Shown in pieces: positions 50,213-57,900 of a DNA stretch of 64,000 bases. The notes beneath the pieces are model-generated. The model saw nothing but the letters and a program-made list of their open reading frames with translations. It had not been told where the DNA came from and ran no database searches. The stretch is from Promethearchaeia archaeon (GTDB lineage: Archaea; Asgardarchaeota; Lokiarchaeia; Sigyniarchaeales; SOKP01), in NCBI GenBank assembly GCA_029856155.1, contig JAHQWL010000081.1:7812-71811 (forward strand), in the 5' to 3' direction. The position numbers and the translations under genes were made by a program. Each line of letters opens with the position of its first letter. Within the stretch, counting starts at the first letter, position 1.

Positions 50213-51631
50213 ATGAATAAAGAAGATATTTGTTTTATGTCTGCTTATGACATGAAAGACGCAATAATAAGACAAGAATTAACTTCACAAGAAATTACAG
50301 AGATAATAATTGAAAGGATCGAAAAAATAAATCCAATTATTAACGCATATTGCACTCCAACCCTCGATATCGCGAGGGAACTCGCAAAAAATGCAGATGA
50401 AGCTGTTAAAAGGGGTGAAAAACTAGGTTTATTACATGGAATTCCTACCTCCATTAAAGATTTATTTTTAACTAAGGATATTAGAACTACTTTTGGAAGT
50501 ATGATTTATGAACATAATGTTCCTGAGCGAGATGATGTCGTCGTAAAACGCTTAAAAAAAGCAGGAATTGTACTTCTTGGAAAAACAAATACACCCGAAT
50601 TTGGATATGCTGGTGTTACACATAATTTTGTTTTTGGCAAATCTCGGAATCCTTGGAATACAGATAGAATACCTGGCGGTTCAACTGGAGGTGGAGCTGC
50701 TGCTGTAGCTTCAGGTTTAGGACCATTGGCTTTAGGAAATGATGGTGGTGGTTCAATAAGGATCCCCGCTAGTTGTTGTGGTGTTTTTGGGCATAAGACA
50801 AGTTTCGGGAGAGTTCCAGTCTATCCTAGAACAGAACTTCATGCTGAATCTTATGTTCATGTAGGACCTATAGTAAGATATGTAAGGGATGCCGCTTTAA
50901 TGTTAGATGCAATAAAAGGACCTCACGATGGAGATAGGTACAGCCTACCTGAGGAAAAAATCAATTATTCTGATTCCGTTTCAGAAAAACCAGATAAATT
51001 AAAAATTGGGTATTCCTTAGATTTAGGATATGCGAAAGTGATTGACCCTGACGTTGAGAAAAATGTTATTAACTCAGCTGAAAAATTTGAAGAATTGGGT
51101 TGGACTGTTGAAAAGGCGACCTTCAAAATGAGAAAACCAGAGGTACCATTCTACACATTATATACTGCTGATTATGCATTTGATTTAAAGTCGAAATTAA
51201 ATGAATGGAGAGAGAAAATTGATCCCGAATTAATGAAAATGGTGGACGCGGGGTCTGGGTATTCTGCATTTGATGTAATGAAAGCTATGAGTCAACGCAC
51301 CAAGATTTATGAGACTTTCTATAAATACTTCAAAAACTTTGATATTCTAATAACTCCAACAATAGCTATTCCTCCTTTTGAGTTAGGAATTATGTTTCCA
51401 CCAAAAATCAATGGAAAAAATGTATCACCCACAGCATGGATGCCATTTTCCTTCCCTTTTAATTTAACAGGTCATCCTGCGGCATCTATTCCTTGTGGTT
51501 GGTCCAGTGGAGGGTTACCGACAGGTATGCAAATTGTTGGGAATAGATTCAATGATCTACTCGTTTTACAAGTATCTCAAGCTTTCGAAGAATTAGCGCC
51601 TTGGCAAGATAAAAAACCTAAATTTGAATAA
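50213..51631 (+). CDS. Amidase (amidase-signature family)
   Basis: GGSTGGGAAAVASGLGPLALGNDGGGSIRIPASCCGVFGHKTSFGRVP is the AS signature with the Ser-cisSer-Lys context. Confidence 0.85.
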   Translation: MNKEDICFMSAYDMKDAIIRQELTSQEITEIIIERIEKINPIINAYCTPTLDIARELAKNADEAVKRGEKLGLLHGIPTSIKDLFLTKDIRTTFGSMIYEHNVPERDDVVVKRLKKAGIVLLGKTNTPEFGYAGVTHNFVFGKSRNPWNTDRIPGGSTGGGAAAVASGLGPLALGNDGGGSIRIPASCCGVFGHKTSFGRVPVYPRTELHAESYVHVGPIVRYVRDAALMLDAIKGPHDGDRYSLPEEKINYSDSVSEKPDKLKIGYSLDLGYAKVIDPDVEKNVINSAEKFEELGWTVEKATFKMRKPEVPFYTLYTADYAFDLKSKLNEWREKIDPELMKMVDAGSGYSAFDVMKAMSQRTKIYETFYKYFKNFDILITPTIAIPPFELGIMFPPKINGKNVSPTAWMPFSFPFNLTGHPAASIPCGWSSGGLPTGMQIVGNRFNDLLVLQVSQAFEELAPWQDKKPKFE

Positions 51632-51667
51632 TTTTTTTCAAATTAATTTAATCTTTTTTTGAAATAT

Positions 51668-52756
51668 TTAAAATGACTTCATATTAGAAGTAGTTATATA
51701 AGAGGAATCTCCTATTGTAATGCTTTTCTTAATTAAATCCTCTAATATCGAATAATCACCGACAATACTCTCTGAAGAAATAATTTTTTTTAATTTTGCT
51801 CCATCCCCTATTACCGATTCAGATAATATACATTTTTCTAAAACTACATCATCTCCTATAGATACATTTGGCCCTATAACTGAATCAGTAATTTTTGTAT
51901 TTTCACCAATAAAAACGGGTGCAACGATTTTTGAATCAACTATATTATTAGATTGAAATAATTTCTCGTATGTGGGATCTTCTCCTTTGATTTCTGCTAG
52001 TAATAGACGATTTCCTGCGATTAAAGTTTCAGGTCGACCAAAATCTAATATATCTCCTTTCATTTCATTTATTTTTAATTTAAACCCTTCTTCGACTAAT
52101 TCTTGAATAATTGGTGTTATATGATGCTCCTGTCCATTTTCTAATGGAATTTCACTTTGTTTTTCTAACAACTCAAATAATCGGGATATCATACTCATTC
52201 CAAATAAATATGCTCCTGATACCGCATAATTTGATTTAGGTTGGTCTGGTTTTTCAACAATATTTTTCACCGTACCATTTTCATCTAATTCAATTACTCC
52301 GTAAAATTGCGGATTTTCTACTTGTTTAACATTCACAACACCATCACAAATATCTTGATGAAAATTCAATAAGATTTGTGAGTAATCTTCAATAGGAAGC
52401 CTATCACTCAAAAATATGAAACAATCATCATTTTTGGCAAGATCTTTGGCCAATAAAATAGCATCTCCAAGACCACTAAAGAATGGTGTATCTGCTTCAT
52501 ATCCTAATGGTTTTTGCTTGATAAAGTGGAGATTAAAATAATCTGAATGATTATTTTTAAGATATTCGGTTATTTGTCGTTTTTTATAACCAACTATGAA
52601 ACAAATGTTAGTTCCTTTAGGAAACGAGTTTTTCAATTTTATAAGAATATGATCAATTAATCTTTTTCCAGCTATTTTCAAAAACGCCTTTGGCTTAGAA
52701 TATGTAAAAGGTTGTAATCTTCTACCCACGCCAGCAATAGGACAGATAAGCCACAT
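51668..52756 (-). CDS. Sugar-phosphate nucleotidyltransferase with C-terminal left-handed beta-helix domain
   Basis: The N-terminus has CPIAGVGRRLQPFTYSKPKAFLKIAGKRLIDH. The C-terminus has hexapeptide repeats (IGENTKITDSVIGPNVSIGDDVVLEKCILSESVIGDGAKL). Confidence 0.75.
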   Translation of the reverse strand: MWLICPIAGVGRRLQPFTYSKPKAFLKIAGKRLIDHILIKLKNSFPKGTNICFIVGYKKRQITEYLKNNHSDYFNLHFIKQKPLGYEADTPFFSGLGDAILLAKDLAKNDDCFIFLSDRLPIEDYSQILLNFHQDICDGVVNVKQVENPQFYGVIELDENGTVKNIVEKPDQPKSNYAVSGAYLFGMSMISRLFELLEKQSEIPLENGQEHHITPIIQELVEEGFKLKINEMKGDILDFGRPETLIAGNRLLLAEIKGEDPTYEKLFQSNNIVDSKIVAPVFIGENTKITDSVIGPNVSIGDDVVLEKCILSESVIGDGAKLKKIISSESIVGDYSILEDLIKKSITIGDSSYITTSNMKSF

Positions 52757-52844
52757 TTATTACATTCAAAAAAGTGTCTAATTCTTAATATAAAAAATAT
52801 AAAAATCGATAAAATAAAAAGTATTTTGAAATTTGCTAACAATG

Positions 52845-53390
52845 TTAGAATTTTTTGATTATTTCATCCAAAATCTCATAATATTCTCCTTCTTTTAGCT
52901 TTTCTTGAATAAGACTTTTTAATTTTCTTAAATAATAGTTGTCTGAATTAGTTCTTTTTGTACCATAAATTTTTTTATTTATTGCAACTCTGGTTTTCTC
53001 ATCCAGAAGTTTAGGTGGAATTTCTTTATATTTTTTAATAATCTCTCTTTTTTCATCTTTTTCAATTAATTTTTCCTTCTGCTCAATTACAGATTGAACT
53101 GTTGAATGTAAATTTCTTATCCATATTTCAATTTTATCAATATCTCCTTTTAGATAAGTTCTCTGGTTTAACCAATCCTTAAATTCAATCACTTTATTTA
53201 AAATCCTATCTTCCTCTAAAATTTTACTGGAGATTTGACTCTTTTTTTTTACCATATCTCGAATTTTCTTCTTTTTTAACTCCTGAACCTCATCCTTTGT
53301 AAGACGCTTAAACGCAGCTTCTCTTTTCATTCTATCTTCTTTTGAATCTTTTTCAGAGAGCCATTTATCAATTGACATTTTAATTCTCAC
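52845..53390 (-). CDS. Hypothetical Lys/Glu-rich coiled-coil protein
   Basis: 181 aa, highly charged. I recognise no motif. Confidence 0.4.
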   Translation of the reverse strand: MRIKMSIDKWLSEKDSKEDRMKREAAFKRLTKDEVQELKKKKIRDMVKKKSQISSKILEEDRILNKVIEFKDWLNQRTYLKGDIDKIEIWIRNLHSTVQSVIEQKEKLIEKDEKREIIKKYKEIPPKLLDEKTRVAINKKIYGTKRTNSDNYYLRKLKSLIQEKLKEGEYYEILDEIIKKF

Positions 53391-53517
53391 TAGTATTAAA
53401 TGCCTTTGTTAATATTTTATTTTTTATTAAGGATTTAACAGAAACGAAAGTTATCACACTTACGTTTTAATTTGGTTAAATTAAAATTGAGAATCGATTT
53501 TTATTATTATTAACACG

Positions 53518-54288
53518 ATGATGATTAAAGGAGTAATTTTTGATTTTGGTTTTACTTTATTCTATTTTGATAATCCTTCTGTTGAGAGGTATTATGAATG
53601 TTTTAAGAAAGGTTTACTAAAATCAATCGCTAGATTAAAAGAGAAGCAAGTTTGGAATGAAAACTTAACAAATGAAGCATTCGTGAAGAATTTTAGTAAA
53701 AAAAGAGAGCATTTCTTTAGAAAAAGCCTTAAAACAAAAATGGAATACCCGACTTCTTTGATTTTCCAAAATGTTTTAGAATCACTCAAGGATGAGGAAA
53801 TAATCGATAATTTAGATAATTTAACAGAATCTGCATATAACGAATTAGCTGAACTTTATCATTCCTGTGAAGAGGATGAATGGGAACCTTTTGAAAATAC
53901 TAAAGAGACATTAGAAGAATTAGGTCTGAAAAATTTGAAACTAGCTTTAATCTCTAATCATCCTAATCATAAAACCATTAAAAATGTGTTAAAAAAACAT
54001 GGTTTATTTAAATTTTTTAACGTTGTAGTAACATCTGCTAAATATGGGAAGAGAAAACCAGATCCAAATATCTTCTATCATACATTAAAGAAAATGGGTT
54101 TAGAGAATCAAGGTAATTCTGTAATTATGTGTGGAGATGAATATGCTGACATTATTGGGGCTGAAAGAGCGAACTTGCAATCAATTTTATTCGAAAGAAA
54201 ATATAAATTTCCCTTCGAAAAGGAAATTAATGTATCAAATTTAAGAAAGATCAATAATATTTCAGAAATCTTAGATTTTCTTGAATAA
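53518..54288 (+). CDS. HAD-superfamily hydrolase
   Basis: VIFDFGFTLF (motif I), ISNH (motif II), and K..PDP..GDEYADIIGA (motifs III/IV). Confidence 0.75.
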   Translation: MMIKGVIFDFGFTLFYFDNPSVERYYECFKKGLLKSIARLKEKQVWNENLTNEAFVKNFSKKREHFFRKSLKTKMEYPTSLIFQNVLESLKDEEIIDNLDNLTESAYNELAELYHSCEEDEWEPFENTKETLEELGLKNLKLALISNHPNHKTIKNVLKKHGLFKFFNVVVTSAKYGKRKPDPNIFYHTLKKMGLENQGNSVIMCGDEYADIIGAERANLQSILFERKYKFPFEKEINVSNLRKINNISEILDFLE

Positions 54289-54319
54289 TTTTAAAAAAAA
54301 GGCAAGGAGTTTAAAATAA

Positions 54320-54394
54320 TGGCCTGGGGGGGATTTGAACCCTCGATATCTGGCTCCGCAAGCCAGCGCCCTATCCAAGCTGGACTACCAAGCC
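54320..54394 (-). tRNA. tRNA-Arg (anticodon GCG)
   Basis: The reverse complement folds by hand as a cloverleaf. Acceptor GGCTTGG/CCAGGCC (one G-U), D arm GTCC-AGCTTGGATA-GGGC, anticodon arm CTGGC-TTGCGGA-GCCAG (anticodon GCG), variable ATATC, T arm GAGGG-TTCAAAT-CCCCC (one A-C mismatch), discriminator A. CCA is not encoded. It is a GC-rich island in AT-rich DNA. Confidence 0.85.
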
Positions 54395-54531
54395 ATTATA
54401 ATCTTTATATGTAATTCTTGATAAATAATTATTTTCTCTAATAAGTATTGTATTTATTTTAATATTTCAAGATTAAAAATGTAATCTAATGCAAAAAAAT
54501 TAAAAAAAAGATAAAAAAAGGGTTAATAATG

Positions 54532-54929
54532 CTAGTATTCTCTCATAATTTCTGTATAGAGATTCTCAATAAATTTGCTAAAATTGTCTTTATCATATTT
54601 GACATTAAGTAAGTGCCATAATATCTTTGGAATATGCTTTTGATCTTCATATACGGGAATCAGTTTTATCAAACCTTCTTTTCTCATTTGGAACGCTGCT
54701 TGCCATTCATCTTTTACAGCTTTAGATTTCACAGAATTTTCGCTACAAAAGAGTAGAAAGGTATTACTTACTTCTAGTGTTTCTTCCATGAATTCTACGA
54801 TGTTTGGTTTGCTATCTTTTTCCCAATACGAGACTTGGTTGATGTTAGGATACTTTTTGAGCTCTTCACAATCTTTTCTATCTGAAAATGATCTCGATCA
54901 GCGGTAGAATAACTTATAAAGAGATTATA
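54532..54929 (-). other. TIR-like domain coding region, split across two frames by a 1-nt frameshift at the T4 run 54874-54877
   Basis: Frame A reads YNLFISYSTADRDHFQIEK. Frame B, after adding one A to the A4 run on the coding strand, reads DCEELKKYPNINQVSYWEKDSKPNIVEFMEETLEVSNTFLLFCSENSVKSKAVKDEWQAAFQMRKEGLIKLIPVYEDQKHIPKIL.. This fits the bacterial/archaeal TIR pattern (FISYs..D...; vvvlS..s..S.w...E; .iiPv......p..l). Confidence 0.65.
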
Positions 54930-57900
54930 CTTTTTTTCTTCCTCTTTCTTTATTATAGGTGGAGGGATAACCGCTTTTTTTATTTCTCTTTCTTTAACGG
55001 GTGGAGCTACTTCTTCCTTTATAACTGGTTTAGAAATTTCTACTTCTAATTCTTTACAATCTTCAACCTTTTCATTTGCTCTGTTAAAAATGTAGTAGAA
55101 ATCATACATATCCGCGGTATCTTGAATTTTTCCTAAATTTTTATAAGCTAATTTAATTTTCCTTTCCCTTATGAGATAATCGACAAAATCCAGCTTTTCT
55201 TCAAGTTTAGCTCTAACTTTTTCTTTTTTCTTCTCACTTATTTCTTTTTCCTTCTTTGTTGGAATTGATATTCTCTTTTTTATAATTATGGCTGCCCCCG
55301 TAACTCCAACAACTACTAAACCAATTATCAAAACGATTATTAAAATATCAAAAGGAAATCCACTAGGTAGCCTTGGTAAAATATTATTTAAACCAATATT
55401 ATTTCCAACACCCGTATCTACAATTGCTTGACCATTATTCAATAGAGTGTTCCAATCAATAGAATTATAGTTAGACTGATCCAGAAATATTCCTATTCCG
55501 TTGTTGTTTATTATATTATTTGTTATATTATTATAATGACTGTTAGATAAATGAATACCATATAGCTCGTTAAAATTTATTGTCTCTTTATTATTAAGGA
55601 TATCGATATTACTACAATCAATCAATACAATTCCAGACCTCTCATTGTTATTAATTGAATTCTCTGTTATCAAAATGTTTTGACAAGAATCTAAAATTAT
55701 TCCATTCGCGTTATTAAACGAACAATTATTATAGATTAATTCACCATTTATCGTTGAGTCTAGTTTAATTCCCCCATCATAAAGATCGTCGCCAGAATTA
55801 TAAAAAGTACAATTTTCAATCCTGAAATCTACATTCGAATTTCTAATTGTAAGACAACTAGTTGAATTCAAGCCATCAATTGTAATTAATCCAATTATAT
55901 ATGGATCATTTAAAGTACCAGAACCATAAATCCATGCTAATTGGCTAATACATTCTACCCACGTAAAATCTCCAGTTCCACTATCATCAATAATAATTGG
56001 ATCTGTGAAACCATTTTCAACATTCCAATTAAAGATATTATTTACACCACCACTTTCATAGATACTATATAAGTTTCCAATGAATACATTACCTATGACC
56101 TTAGTATTATTGCTGCTCCATAAATACAGTCCCGCAAAAGTGTTATAATTTGCTATATTACTTGCAACGATGGCATTATTGCAGTTCCATACAAATATTC
56201 CATTCCAACCATTATTATCTACGATATTTCCTACAACTTTAATATCTTGACCATCATATATGTCTATTCCATTGTCACCATTAAAGGTAACATTGTTGTT
56301 CATTATAGTATTGTTATTACTTGAAGATGATAAATAAATGCCTTTTTGGTCATTATTAAAAGCTGAGTTTTCTGAAATTGTATTATTGTTACTTAAACCT
56401 AAATACATCCCATCAGAATTTTCATTTAAAATGTTTCCCGAAAGAATATTATTATGACTTACTTCTAAAAATATTCCAGACTCTTCATTATTGTTTACTA
56501 TATTTCCATCAATCGTAACGTTTTGACTTTGGTATAACCCAATTCCGACACCATTATTATTTGAACAGTTATTGGTTATCAATTGTCCATTAATAACATT
56601 TGTTAATTTAATACCTGCATTATACACTCCTGAACCGGAATTAGAAAGTGTGCAACCTACTATCTTAAAAAATACCGTAGAATCCCTAATTTCTATGCAG
56701 CTACTTGAATTTTGACCATCGATAATTAAATTTTGAATTATAAACGGATCAGAGTAGCTGCCAGAACCTGTACACCAAATAAACAGATAAGCTGCTTCTA
56801 CCCATATAAGATCGCCTCCTCCATTGTTATCTATAACAAATGGAGAAAGCATTCCATCAAAATAATTTAAAATAAAATTGTTATTTACACTTTCAAATTC
56901 ACTAATGTGTTGAAATAAGTTCCCAATGAATGAATTACTTATAACATCTGTATTATTGCTTCTATATAACCTTAATCCGAATAAATCGTTATTACTTAAA
57001 GTGTTTCCAATAATTGTATTATTATTGCTTTCCCACAACCACATTCCATAATCGTTATGGTCTACCGTATTTCCTATTACTGTATTATTATGACTATGAG
57101 CAATAAATATTCCTTCATCATTATAGGAAAAATTATTATTTAAGATCCAATTGTGATTACTTGAAGATTCTAAATAAATCCCTCTTTGGCCAATATTATT
57201 AAAAGCTGAATTATCTGAAATGTTATTGGCGGTACTTAATCCTAAATAAATCCCAGAATAATAATTCTCATTACAAACATTTCCCGAAAGACTGTTATTA
57301 TGACTTGTTGCTAGAAATATGCCATACTCATCATTATTACCTGCAGTATTTCCTGAAATTGTAATATTTTGACTATCAGATAAACGCATTCCATTGCCGT
57401 TATTATTTGAAAAGTTATTGGATATCAATTGTCCATTAATCACATTTATTAATACGATTCCTGCATTATCTAGCCCTGAAGAAGAATTAAACGTTATACA
57501 GCCTACAATTATAAAATACTCATCGGAGTTCTTAATCGTGATACAACTGCTTAAATTTAATCCATCTATAATTAAATTTTTTATAGTATAAGGATCCTTA
57601 AATGTTCCAGATCCAGAACACCACGCTAATTTATTTGATGCTTGATCCCATTTAAAATCCCCTCCCCCACTATTATCAATGGTAAATGGAGAACTTTCAT
57701 TATTAATAACATTCCAATGAAATGTATTATTAAAGCTATTTATTTCATTATACCATCCGTTTACATTATCATTCAAAATATTACCACATATAAAGCTGTT
57801 ATTACTATCATGTATAGTTAATCCAAAATCATAGTTTTCTTTAATTAAATTTGCGATAATAAAATTATCTTCACAATTATATAAATAAAGCGCGCTTAAA

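Noticed and set aside
50213-51631. The amidase as GatA of the Asp/Glu-tRNA amidotransferase, given the AspRS in the window
   Set aside because: No gatB or gatC is adjacent. The signature (GNDGGGSIRIPASCCGVFGHK) looks like general amidases rather than the GatA pattern (GSDTGGSIRQPA). The gene's context is metabolic: ALDH, SDR and SCP2-like genes.
54289-54531. tRNA-Arg as an integration site marking the giant TIR gene as part of a mobile island
   Set aside because: No integrase or transposase is present. I could not find a direct repeat of the tRNA 3' end near 59.8-60.0 kb or elsewhere. The giant gene has the same extreme AT-richness as the core genes.
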